From NCBI GenBank assembly GCA_963703315.1, contig OY969811.1, positions 3,104,001-3,168,000 of the forward strand: 64,000 nucleotides of DNA, read 5' to 3'. Shown here in pieces: positions 50,636 to 59,741 of this stretch. Within the stretch, counting starts at the first letter, position 1. The number at the start of each line of letters is the position of its first letter. This stretch comes from an uncultured cyanobacterium (lineage in GTDB: Bacteria; Cyanobacteriota; Cyanobacteriia; Pseudanabaenales; Pseudanabaenaceae). The position numbers and the translations under genes were made by a program. The notes beneath the pieces are model-generated. The model saw nothing but the letters and a program-made list of their open reading frames with translations, was not told the DNA's origin and made no database searches.

Positions 50636-50752
50636 CAGAAATGGCTTTAGAAATGGCGATTAGCCAAAGTGCAGGAAGTTGCTTTACAAAACTAAATCTA
50701 GGTTAGCGCAAATAAGTACTTTTACTTAATAGTTCATTAGTTTGATTTTTTA

Positions 50753-50853
50753 TAAGTAGCTGGGCGCAATTAAATATAAAACCCAAAAACCTGTGGCGCA
50801 CGCTGCGCGTGCGCCACAGGTTTTTACTCTGGTTTTTAATTATGCCCAGCTAC
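50753..50853. mobile_element. Third copy of the ~104-bp miniature inverted-repeat element (right end slightly clipped)
   Basis: taagtagctgggcgcaattaa...ggcgcacgctgcgcgtgcgcc...ttaattatgcccagctac. Confidence 0.85.
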
Positions 50854-50962
50854 AGAGAAAACCGTGTGCTGTAACGCTACTGCACAAACTACTGATCCTG
50901 TATGATCTTGTAGTTATTTTTCAAAAATTTAAAAAGCTTTCATACTACAGGAGTCCTTGATT

Positions 50963-51328
50963 ATGGCTAAAGTCAAAATTGCTACCACTAATGATGTCAG
51001 CGCTGACAAGGTTTTGAAAGTTAGTGCAAATGGTCAATCGGTGATTGTCGCTAAAGTCGGTGATAAGCATTGCGCGATCGCGAATAAATGTCCTCACTTT
51101 GGACTCCCTCTTGCTAAGGGCAAATTTGAAAATGGTGTGATTACCTGTCCCTTTCATGGTTCCAAGTTTGAAATTTGTACTGGCAAAAATGTGGAATGGG
51201 TAGAAAATTTCGTTGGCATTCCTCTACCAAATGTTGCTAAGAAAATGATTGCGATGGGCAAGGCTCCTACCGATGTAGCCAGTTTCACTGTTACTCAAGA
51301 AGGTAACGATCTGTTTATTGATGCTTAA
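50963..51328 (+). CDS. Rieske [2Fe-2S] ferredoxin-like protein
   Basis: CPH...CPFHG motifs. Confidence 0.92.
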   Translation: MAKVKIATTNDVSADKVLKVSANGQSVIVAKVGDKHCAIANKCPHFGLPLAKGKFENGVITCPFHGSKFEICTGKNVEWVENFVGIPLPNVAKKMIAMGKAPTDVASFTVTQEGNDLFIDA

Positions 51329-51546
51329 TATAGCAATGCTTGAGTGAGCTAGGACAAACTAAAACCCAAGAAGCGAGTTACGGCAATTCGCTTCTTGAGT
51401 TTTGTATCCTAATAAGACTGGCTATAGCTATAAAAAAAGACTTTACAATCTGGGCTAGAACTTGCTATGCTAGATACCCGTCGCCTAAATTAAAATGCGC
51501 CAAACTACAGCATAATAAGAACAATACTTGGCTACCTAAAATAAGC

Positions 51547-51738
51547 ATGACTCAAATAATCGTTGGTGAAAATGAAGGGATTGAGTCGGCACTACGCCGA
51601 TTTAAGAAAAAAATCCAAAAAGCTGGCTTACTAGCAGATATTCGTCGCTGTCAGTACCATGAGACAGCAGGTGAAAAACGTAAGCGTAAAGCTGAAAATG
51701 CTAAGCGCCGTGGTCGTTTTCGTCGTCGTGATGTCTAG
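51547..51738 (+). CDS. rpsU: 30S ribosomal protein S21
   Basis: [30 protein letters not shown] at 51547 is the plausible start (track ORF extends through a repeat). Confidence 0.95.
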   Translation: MTQIIVGENEGIESALRRFKKKIQKAGLLADIRRCQYHETAGEKRKRKAENAKRRGRFRRRDV

Positions 51739-51775
51739 AATCAAAAAAAGGCTGTGCAATGCACAGCCTTTTTTA

Positions 51776-52333
51776 TTAGTAACCCACACCCAATAATTTG
51801 TTTTCGCGTCGAAATTGGCTAGGTGTCATCACGTCTGTCCCCTTTGCCCACACCCCTAAATGCTCGGTTTGCGCCTTTGCCTCAAGCTCTTCATACCCTT
51901 GACAATCTTTTTCTTGGAGGCGATCGTAATGGGCAAGTCCGAGGGAAACCATCAACTTATTGGCATTTTGACCACCCGCCATCACTTCGCCGTAGTAACG
52001 CCCAAATTTATCTTTTTTAAAAACCCTGACATAAATTTCTTCATCAGCAAGAATATTTTGTAGTACCTTGCGAGAATGTTCACCTTCAGCTTGTAATAAT
52101 TCAGGTGCATCAATACAGGCGAGATGGATTTTATTTTTGATGCCCCGATCGACAAGAGTAATGTTATCGCCATCAAAAACCTTCACTCGCATCGGGATCG
52201 CCCCAAATTGTGCCAAGACAGGTTGGGCGGCGATCGCAAAACAAACTAAGTTGATAATTGCCATCAAGATCAACTGCTGCAATTTATTGACAAAATTTAC
52301 AAGGGACACTTTTAGGATAATTTTTAGCATCAT
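51776..52333 (-). CDS. Secreted thermonuclease (SNase-like) family protein
   Basis: DGDN, LACIDAPE, DKFGR and GVW...P..FR motifs; start may lie downstream. Confidence 0.85.
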   Translation of the reverse strand: MMLKIILKVSLVNFVNKLQQLILMAIINLVCFAIAAQPVLAQFGAIPMRVKVFDGDNITLVDRGIKNKIHLACIDAPELLQAEGEHSRKVLQNILADEEIYVRVFKKDKFGRYYGEVMAGGQNANKLMVSLGLAHYDRLQEKDCQGYEELEAKAQTEHLGVWAKGTDVMTPSQFRRENKLLGVGY

Positions 52334-52336
52334 TTT

Positions 52337-52837
52337 TTAGGTAGCAGCGATCGCAAATTCACCACGACATTTTGCGCCACCATCGGCGACCGCTAATTCA
52401 TGCAATGTAAAATCATCGCCAAGTTTATGCACTAGATGCTCAAGTAAAGCGCGGATCTCACCATCGGTTGTAGCTGTGGGTGGTGCGTCAGGGGCGATCG
52501 CCTCAAGAAAAATTGGTGACTTAAAGCAGCTTTGTAAATCTTCGGGTGCAAACTCCACATCCATCGTCACGCGAATGGGATCAAGTAGTCGCAATGCTTC
52601 CCCTTTTAAAATTTCTCCAATATTTAGATGAATCGCCTCAGCACATAGATCGATGTTTGTGATTGCTAACCCCTGATATTTTGCCCCTGCCCCAATCACA
52701 TTCGCCTTCGGAATATCACCGCTTAAAATCTGACGACTTTTACCAGCGATCTCAATTTCGAGGATATCGATATGCTCAACCTGCGATCGCAACCACAGTT
52801 TAATGATCGGAATTAATACAGAACTAACAACAGACAT
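52337..52837 (-). CDS. DUF2993/LmeA-like protein
   Basis: LWLRSQV, QILSG.IP and YQGL motifs. Confidence 0.7.
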   Translation of the reverse strand: MSVVSSVLIPIIKLWLRSQVEHIDILEIEIAGKSRQILSGDIPKANVIGAGAKYQGLAITNIDLCAEAIHLNIGEILKGEALRLLDPIRVTMDVEFAPEDLQSCFKSPIFLEAIAPDAPPTATTDGEIRALLEHLVHKLGDDFTLHELAVADGGAKCRGEFAIAAT

Positions 52838-53009
52838 GAATTTTTATAACCCTTTTTGGGTGAACCTTTTTGAGGTGATAGCGGTCAAAACCTATAAGTT
52901 GATAGCCATCGATATTGCCTCAATAAGTATAGATGCTCATAAGGTTAATTTTGGTAAGGGCGATGCAAAATTAAAACCGCTATAAGCCGAGAATGGATGT
53001 TGATAGTAG

Positions 53010-53621
53010 ATGTTCAAAACCATAACTACAAATATCGAAACTCCTAATCCCATTGATCCTGATCTACATTTGGTGCAAGCAAGCTTGCAGGGTGATCCCC
53101 ATAGCTTCAAACGGTTGTATCAACGCCATCAAAACAAGGTGCGTTCGACGCTATTTCAGCTATGTGGCTCCGATGGTTTAGATGATTTGGTACAGGATGT
53201 ATTTCTGAGGGCTTGGAAAGGATTAAGTAAATTTCGGCAATCTTCACAATTTTCGACATGGTTGTATCGGATTGCGTTTAACGTTGCTAGCGATCGCCGT
53301 AAAGCTTTAGCCAAGATGCGATCGCGCAATGTATCTGTCGAAGATGAACAACTAGAAAATCTCTCGGATGAGGCGAGCGCCCGTGATGGCAATCAACAGA
53401 CAGGCTTAACCCAAATGCATTATCAAGACATCATGCAACGTGGCTTAGCCAAACTTAGTGAAGATCATCGTGCAGTATTGGTACTCCATGATCTAGAGGA
53501 AATACCCCAAAAAGACATCGCGGAAATTTTGTCTATTCCCGTTGGCACGGTGAAATCGCGATTATTCCATGCCCGTAGTGCCATCAGAAAGTTTTTAGAA
53601 GCGCAAGGAGTCGAATTATGA
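53010..53621 (+). CDS. ECF sigma-70 factor
   Basis: DDLVQDVFLRAW, FSTWLYRIAFN and IAEILSIPVGTVKSRLFHAR motifs. Confidence 0.93.
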   Translation: MFKTITTNIETPNPIDPDLHLVQASLQGDPHSFKRLYQRHQNKVRSTLFQLCGSDGLDDLVQDVFLRAWKGLSKFRQSSQFSTWLYRIAFNVASDRRKALAKMRSRNVSVEDEQLENLSDEASARDGNQQTGLTQMHYQDIMQRGLAKLSEDHRAVLVLHDLEEIPQKDIAEILSIPVGTVKSRLFHARSAIRKFLEAQGVEL

Positions 53622-54058
53622 AAAATCCCAATTTCCAACATTCTCAAGAAAACTTTGATGGAGATCCTCGCGATAATTCTGATATGACTCTAGTGACTTT
53701 TCTCAAGCAACATAAATCGATCGCTCCTCCCCCTGCTCCCAACTTTGAGCAGCAGCTATTTGCCGAAATTAGCAAATATCCACAGCGATCCCCAAATCGA
53801 AAATTTAAGCGCTGGTTGCCTTGGGCTTTGGCGATCCCCGTAACCCTTGCTGCGGGCTTTGGGTTTAATTTGGCAACTAATCGATCGCAATTACAAATAG
53901 CAACTAATCAAATGAGTGAATCTGAGCAAGCAGCGATCGAACAAACGCTAATTAGCAGTTGGAATGTCAGTGACGATATGGCAATTCAGACGACAAGTAT
54001 AGCTACTGCATCAGATACACAACTGTTAATGGAACTATCGCCCCTTGAGTACGAGTAA
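53618..54058 (+). CDS. Probable single-TM anti-sigma factor
   Basis: ATGA overlap with the sigma gene; one TM helix. Confidence 0.7.
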   Translation: MKNPNFQHSQENFDGDPRDNSDMTLVTFLKQHKSIAPPPAPNFEQQLFAEISKYPQRSPNRKFKRWLPWALAIPVTLAAGFGFNLATNRSQLQIATNQMSESEQAAIEQTLISSWNVSDDMAIQTTSIATASDTQLLMELSPLEYE

Positions 54059-54106
54059 TTTTTTATTAATTCTTTTAGACCTTAAGAAATATAGCCTGAG
54101 AAATAT

Positions 54107-54730
54107 ATGTTTAAATCAAAAATCTTTCAATATTGCGCGATCGCTGCCACAGTCGTGGTTACCAGTGGCGTAATTGTATCTAGTACGGCTAGTTTACAAT
54201 CACAATCCTCATCACAATCCATAACCCAAGCCAAACTTGACCCTCAGCTAGCAAATCCTAATCAGATAGCAGAATTGCCAGATGAAATGGATAAGTTAGC
54301 AGAACGTCCCAATAGTCCCGATATGCCTTCAGGTCGGGTACTCAAACAGCTAAACCTTACTCCTGAGCAATTACAAAAACTCAAGGCAGTCCGTGAGCGC
54401 GATCAAACCAAAATGCGTGAATTGTCGCAACAGGTACGTCAAGCCAATAAGGAATTACGCGATCTATTAGCTAGTAATGAAAGTAGCGATGTGATTCGCA
54501 CTAAGCATAGTCAAGTGTTAGGTTTGCAGCAGGAATTACAAAAGCAACATTTCGAGAGGATGCTAGCGATGCGGGATATTCTCACCCCTCAACAGCGATC
54601 GCAACTCAATGAGATCATGCAAAAAAATCGCCCCAATCGCATGAAAGATGGTATGCGCGATCGCCTCGAAAAGCGTTTAGAAAATCGTAAAGATCGGCTT
54701 GATAATCTACGCGATCATTCAACACTATAA
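54107..54730 (+). CDS. Spy/CpxP-family periplasmic chaperone
   Basis: Signal peptide; LNLTPEQ and ILTPQQR (LTxxQ) motifs. Confidence 0.88.
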   Translation: MFKSKIFQYCAIAATVVVTSGVIVSSTASLQSQSSSQSITQAKLDPQLANPNQIAELPDEMDKLAERPNSPDMPSGRVLKQLNLTPEQLQKLKAVRERDQTKMRELSQQVRQANKELRDLLASNESSDVIRTKHSQVLGLQQELQKQHFERMLAMRDILTPQQRSQLNEIMQKNRPNRMKDGMRDRLEKRLENRKDRLDNLRDHSTL

Positions 54731-54946
54731 AAAGTTGCGGCGCTTCGCGCCGCAACTTTTTTAAATGCAAAAAGAGCATCGCCAAGCGATGCTCTTTTTG
54801 CATCAGTGTAAATACCTAACGCGAAGAAATTGTTAAATCCCCTTACCAAATCTAGAACTGCTCTTAAGATAGGTCGTAACTCTTATTCATACTTCTGTTG
54901 AGTTTTATAGAGATTCACGAAGAAATCCTGAATTTATTGAACTTGC

Positions 54947-55921
54947 ATGACTGACTCTTTAACTTCTTCCAAACCAGCACCATTGGCTGAAAACTTAACT
55001 AATCGCAATTCTCCCAGCCGATTTATAGAGCCAGTTGTCCTGATCCGTCGCATTGCCTTTGGAATTGCGATCGCTACTTGGATGGTGATGGCGATCGGTA
55101 GTGCTACCCGTGTGATGAATGCAGGTTTGGCTTGTCCAGACTGGCCTCTGTGTTATGGATCGGTGTTGCCTGCGGAGCAGATGAATCTGCAAGTATTTTT
55201 AGAATGGTTTCATCGCCTAGTTGCTTCCACTGTGGGATTTGCCACGATTGTGTTATTTGGGGCAGGTTGGTACTATCGGCAATCCTTACCGAAATGGCTA
55301 CCTTGGGCAACTTCGGGATCACTCTCTCTAGTAGTTTTTCAAGGGATTTTGGGCGGATTGACAGTAACGCAATTACTCAGGTTTGATATTGTCACAGCCC
55401 ATTTGGGAACGGGGTTGTTATTTTTCTCTAGTTTGTTAGCGATCGCCACAGCTTTAAGTAATCAAGCAGACTTAATGGATACGCTTCGCGTATCCATTAA
55501 GTCTGCTTGGTTGGGGTTATCCGCCGCAGTTTTAGTTTATTTACAAAGTATTCTCGGTGCGTTAGTTGCCTCTCAATGGGCGCTCCATCAATGTTTTGCC
55601 TCACAGGATATGTGTATTGTTTTAAATGCACATTTGATTGGTGTCATTCCTGCCACGATCGCTAGTATTGCAGTGGTGGTAATGGTATGGCTAACTAAAG
55701 CGATCGCCCCCATCCTGCGTTTAGTCGGCTCAATTGCAGGTTTATTAGTACTCGCTCAAGTGGCGATCGGCTATGCCACCTATAAATTGCATTTACAAGT
55801 CGAACCACTCACGATTGCTCACCAAGCTACAGGTTCAGCCTTACTAGGAACCCTTGTTTGTTTTACTGTGTTAGCCTTTAGAATCACGAAACAGAATCAA
55901 GCGCAACCTGCGATTCGCTAA
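54947..55921 (+). CDS. ctaA: Heme A synthase (COX15/CtaA)
   Basis: GLACPDWPLC, EWFHR and VTAHL motifs. Confidence 0.93.
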   Translation: MTDSLTSSKPAPLAENLTNRNSPSRFIEPVVLIRRIAFGIAIATWMVMAIGSATRVMNAGLACPDWPLCYGSVLPAEQMNLQVFLEWFHRLVASTVGFATIVLFGAGWYYRQSLPKWLPWATSGSLSLVVFQGILGGLTVTQLLRFDIVTAHLGTGLLFFSSLLAIATALSNQADLMDTLRVSIKSAWLGLSAAVLVYLQSILGALVASQWALHQCFASQDMCIVLNAHLIGVIPATIASIAVVVMVWLTKAIAPILRLVGSIAGLLVLAQVAIGYATYKLHLQVEPLTIAHQATGSALLGTLVCFTVLAFRITKQNQAQPAIR

Positions 55922-55958
55922 CTGTCATAACTGCGAAATATTTTAGGAGTTAAGCGCA

Positions 55959-56972
55959 ATGCCAGAAACAGCTATTCAAGAATTAACTATTTCCAAAGAA
56001 AATATCTTTGCACCCGCTAATCAATCGATGAATCGTAACTGGCGCGAGGTGATCCAAGATTACACCGAATTAACCAAACCTCGCATTATCGTCCTCTTAC
56101 TGATTACCACCGCAGGGGCAATGTGGATTGCATCAGAGGGACAAGTTGATGCATTTTTGATGTTCATTACAGTTTTGGGAGGGGCGATCGCGGCGGCTTC
56201 AGCCAATGCGATTAACTGTTTATACGATCGTGATATTGATGCCAAAATGGAGCGCACCAGTTGGCGACCAATTCCATCGGGTCGGATTAAACCTTTAAAT
56301 GCACTGATTTTTGCGATCGCCCTTGCCGTTATTTCCTTTACGTTGCTAGCCGTATATGCCAATCTCTTAGCTGCCTGTCTCGCCATGTCGGGAATCGCTA
56401 CCTATGTCGGTGTTTACACAATTTGGCTGAAGCGCTCTAGTACTCAAAATATTGTCATCGGTGGTGCAGCAGGAGCAATTCCACCTCTAGTCGGTTGGGC
56501 TGCTGTCACTGGCGAACTAAGTTGGGCAGCATGGGTTTTATTTGCGATTATCTTCGTCTGGACTCCGCCGCATTTTTGGGCTTTGGCATTAATGATTCGT
56601 GATGAGTATGCCAAGGTGGGTGTACCGATGTTGCCTGTGGTTAAGGGTGCAGAAGTAACAGCAAATCAGATCTTGCTCTATACATTACTAATCATTCCTG
56701 TATCTCTATTGCTGGTTTTTCCTTGCAATGTAATGGGGCTAGTTTATGGAGTGTCAGCCGTTGGACTGGGGGGAGCATTCATTTACAAGGCAGCGCAGTT
56801 ACTAAAAGAACCAAGCGATCGCACTGTGGCTCGTTCAGTCTTCAAATATTCAATCCTCTATTTAGCATTGCTTTGTGTCGCTATGGGAATTGATAGTTTG
56901 CCTGTTGCTCATATTTCTGGAGATCAGGCGATCGCCCTGTTACAAACTACGGTTGCGATTATCAAGCCATAG
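55959..56972 (+). CDS. ctaB: Protoheme IX farnesyltransferase (heme O synthase)
   Basis: [29 protein letters not shown] and WTPPHFWAL motifs. Confidence 0.96.
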   Translation: MPETAIQELTISKENIFAPANQSMNRNWREVIQDYTELTKPRIIVLLLITTAGAMWIASEGQVDAFLMFITVLGGAIAAASANAINCLYDRDIDAKMERTSWRPIPSGRIKPLNALIFAIALAVISFTLLAVYANLLAACLAMSGIATYVGVYTIWLKRSSTQNIVIGGAAGAIPPLVGWAAVTGELSWAAWVLFAIIFVWTPPHFWALALMIRDEYAKVGVPMLPVVKGAEVTANQILLYTLLIIPVSLLLVFPCNVMGLVYGVSAVGLGGAFIYKAAQLLKEPSDRTVARSVFKYSILYLALLCVAMGIDSLPVAHISGDQAIALLQTTVAIIKP

Positions 56973-57131
56973 GAAAGGTGGTCTTTCCAATCCTTTCAAC
57001 GAAGGATCATAGAGATGGTGGCGATCTCTATGATCTCTATGAGGGTTAGATTTACTTTGTTACAATCAAGATCGATAGTCAGAAAAGTTACTAACTTATG
57101 ACTGTTACCAAATTATATTAAGGAGTCCCAA

Positions 57132-57386
57132 ATGGATGCAATGACGACTCAACAAGCAAGCAATAACTTAGATAGATTGATCGATCGCGTAATTGACAAT
57201 GTACAGCCAACTATTCTTTGTAATGATAAGGGTAATAAGGCTATTTTGATTTCGCTAGACGAATTCTCTGCTTGGCAAGAGACTTTATATTTACTGTCTA
57301 ATCCCTTTAATGCTAAACATCTGCTTAGTTCAATTGAATCTGCAAAGACAGGTAAAATTCTGGAAAGAACCTTGATCGAAGAATGA
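57132..57386 (+). CDS. yefM: Phd/YefM-family antitoxin
   Basis: A..NL..LID.V and WQETLYLLSNP.NA..L motifs; AGGAG RBS; ATGA overlap with the toxin start. Confidence 0.88.
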   Translation: MDAMTTQQASNNLDRLIDRVIDNVQPTILCNDKGNKAILISLDEFSAWQETLYLLSNPFNAKHLLSSIESAKTGKILERTLIEE

Positions 57387-57865
57387 AACTGACATTTACA
57401 GAAGCTGGTTGGAATGATTACCTATGGTTTCAAGATACTGATAAAAAAATCCTCAAAAGAGTCAATCTTCTGATTAAACCCACATTCCGCTCGTAATGGA
57501 GGCCTAAAAATATTTACAACGAGACAATGAGGGTTTCAGCGATTTTCTGGAAAATTAATGATAATGACTCCTATTAGTACGTCATTATTGACAATATTAA
57601 GATAGTGTTATTTTTCTGACGAAAGCCCAAAATACTTACTGTATAAGGATTTGTTTTCTAAATATTTTTTTCAGTAAAATAAGAGCGGAATGTGGGTTAA
57701 AGATACTCTACGCAATCCTTTTGAAGGAGTGGAAAACCAGAACCATTGAAAGCCAATCTATCAGGCTATTGGTCAAGGCGCATTAATACAGAGCATCGAT
57801 TAGTTTATGAAGTATTAGAGGATAGTGTTTTAGTTGTTGCTTGTCGATTTCATTATCAAGACTAG
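57383..57865 (+). pseudogene. yoeB: Txe/YoeB-family toxin pseudogene (MITE insertion plus 1-nt frameshift)
   Basis: MKLTFTEAGWNDYLWFQDTDKKILKRVNLLIK [MITE] DTLRNPFEG(frameshift)[28 protein letters not shown]...ACRFHYQD*. Confidence 0.92.
57479..57696. mobile_element. 218-bp MITE with IS1634-type ends
   Basis: Left 22 nt identical to the IS1634 TIR; right end gagcggaatgtggg; TTAAA duplicated at 57474-57478 and 57697-57701. Confidence 0.92.
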
Positions 57866-57897
57866 AGCGAGATTTTAGAGCTACAAAAGAGTATAAG

Positions 57898-59280
57898 TTA
57901 AGGATTTTTAGAGTTGCGCGATCGCACAAACAACCAAATAAGAAAACCACAAATTGTGCCGATCGCTATACTGCCAAAGAAAACTATAGCTATGTAACTT
58001 AGGGGCTGATAGCTAGGCTCGTCAGTTTTGATGTTGGGAGGAAACTGAGCCAAAATAATGCTGCCAATTACTTGACTTGTGCCTAAGCCTGTACCGACAG
58101 CGAAGATGGTTTGGTTGAGTTTGCGATCGCTTTTGGCTTGTTCAATGTTGATGATGCCTTCAATATTGCGAACGGAGTTTTCGAGGGATTTTTGGGTTGG
58201 GCTGAGGCTGGCGAGATCGGCGGTAATTTGGGGGAGATATTTGTCGGTGACGATCGCTGTGAATTTCTCTAGGAATGGCTGATCGATATCTTGCTTGGAA
58301 TCTTCAAATTGTTTAAGCTGCTTTTGATAGTTTTTGAGATTGGTTTCGATGGTGTTTTTTTGATCTTCTAAATAAATTAGTTCTTCGGCATAGGTGGTCA
58401 TCAAGTTTAAGGTGGATTTTAAATCTTGTTGTAATGCGACTAAATCGGTTTTGGTACTGTCATCAGCGATCGCGATTTTGATTGGCTTTGCTGCATTTTT
58501 AAGGTTGGCTTTGTGATAGCGACTGCGAGAATATGACCAGATGATTTTGTGGCGATATAAAAATAGTTGCATTAGGCGAGGATAGAGATTAGAGATTTTT
58601 TCGCCGATCGCTTCAATCTTTAGATCGTGGGGAAAGAGACAAATTAGGAGATGTTTGCTTTGGCTGATATCGCCGCGATCGCTTGGTAGTTGCCATAGCT
58701 CGAAACAGTCCGCACCTATGAGTTTGGCTGATGTAGATTTGAGATGTTTTTTCCAGTTTGGTACATCAAAGATTTGCAGTTGGTTATAAATTTGCTCGGC
58801 TATTTGGGCAGGGTCTTGAGTGGGGCTGGTGAGTTGTCCCCAAACAAACCAAGTTTGACCGATGTGATTGGTTGATGGCTTGCCCTGACTGTGGAGATGG
58901 GAGAGGATATTTTGCTGGATTTTTTGGAAATTTGTAATGTCGCGGGGTGCATATTCTGGGATGGTGTCATCGCGATCACTGCTACAACCAACTTGGAGAG
59001 CATAGGTATCATTGATTTTGACTGGATAGTAAAAGCCAGCCAAAGGATCTGCAAAATCTTCGCAGGGGTTTGCGCCTAGTAATTCGATATAGTCGGAAAG
59101 TTCGGATTCAATTTGAATGAAATTTGATAATTGGGCAGGAGTTAGTTTTTTGCCATAGATTTGTTGCCAAAAATTTTCACAATTTTGTTTAATCTCATTA
59201 TCACTTTGTCCTAGCCCTTCGATGATGTCGTAGCTGAATAGATCGATTGTGGGATAGATAATGGTGTTAGGTTCTGTCAT
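57898..59280 (-). CDS. Hypothetical protein with soluble N-terminal domain, long helical/coiled-coil region and two C-terminal TM helices (CorA-like topology, no GMN motif)
   Basis: TM candidates TIFAVGTGLGTSQVIGSIIL and YIAIVFFGSIAIGTICGFLIWLFV, followed by a basic tail. Confidence 0.75.
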   Translation of the reverse strand: MTEPNTIIYPTIDLFSYDIIEGLGQSDNEIKQNCENFWQQIYGKKLTPAQLSNFIQIESELSDYIELLGANPCEDFADPLAGFYYPVKINDTYALQVGCSSDRDDTIPEYAPRDITNFQKIQQNILSHLHSQGKPSTNHIGQTWFVWGQLTSPTQDPAQIAEQIYNQLQIFDVPNWKKHLKSTSAKLIGADCFELWQLPSDRGDISQSKHLLICLFPHDLKIEAIGEKISNLYPRLMQLFLYRHKIIWSYSRSRYHKANLKNAAKPIKIAIADDSTKTDLVALQQDLKSTLNLMTTYAEELIYLEDQKNTIETNLKNYQKQLKQFEDSKQDIDQPFLEKFTAIVTDKYLPQITADLASLSPTQKSLENSVRNIEGIINIEQAKSDRKLNQTIFAVGTGLGTSQVIGSIILAQFPPNIKTDEPSYQPLSYIAIVFFGSIAIGTICGFLIWLFVRSRNSKNP

Positions 59281-59291
59281 AGGTACTTCAG

Positions 59292-59741
59292 TTACAAAGG
59301 AAAATTAGTGAGAAACTCATAAGCAGCTTGCACTGAATCGGCAGATTCCAAAATAGATTTTGCACTTTCTTCAAGAGCGCGATCTGTAATTTTTTCTAAC
59401 TTCTGTAAATGCAAAAGATTTTCTAGTGGGGTTTTATCTTGTAACTGACTGATATTTTCGATCGCTAAGCTTTCAGGGTTGTCTTTTACACCTGCTGCAT
59501 TTGGTTTAAAAGACCTTCCTTTGTTCCTTTCCTGAGATGGATCTAGCCATTTACGAGCAGTTATATATGGTTGAGTGAAGAGGGGATTTTGACGGGCGAT
59601 CGCATCAAGATTGCTGATGTTCTCATTGAGGTTTTTACCGATCTGGTTGAGGCGATCTTGAAGATCGGCTGCGAGTGGATCGGTTTGCTGGACTAGGGCA
59701 AATAGAAATGCTTTGAGGGTAACGGCTTCGTGATCTTTCAT
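59292..59741 (-). CDS. Small alpha-helical hypothetical protein coupled to the CHAT gene
   Basis: ATGA overlap (59738-59741) with the CHAT stop; 11 nt before the next gene. Confidence 0.8.
   Translation of the reverse strand: MKDHEAVTLKAFLFALVQQTDPLAADLQDRLNQIGKNLNENISNLDAIARQNPLFTQPYITARKWLDPSQERNKGRSFKPNAAGVKDNPESLAIENISQLQDKTPLENLLHLQKLEKITDRALEESAKSILESADSVQAAYEFLTNFPL

Noticed and set aside
51340..51546. Apparent N-terminal extension of S21 in the ORF track
   Set aside because: The extension runs through a TATAGC repeat element; the canonical S21 start is at 51547.
57588..57615. TTGACA inside the MITE as an outward-facing promoter
   Set aside because: No -10 hexamer at 16-18 nt spacing.
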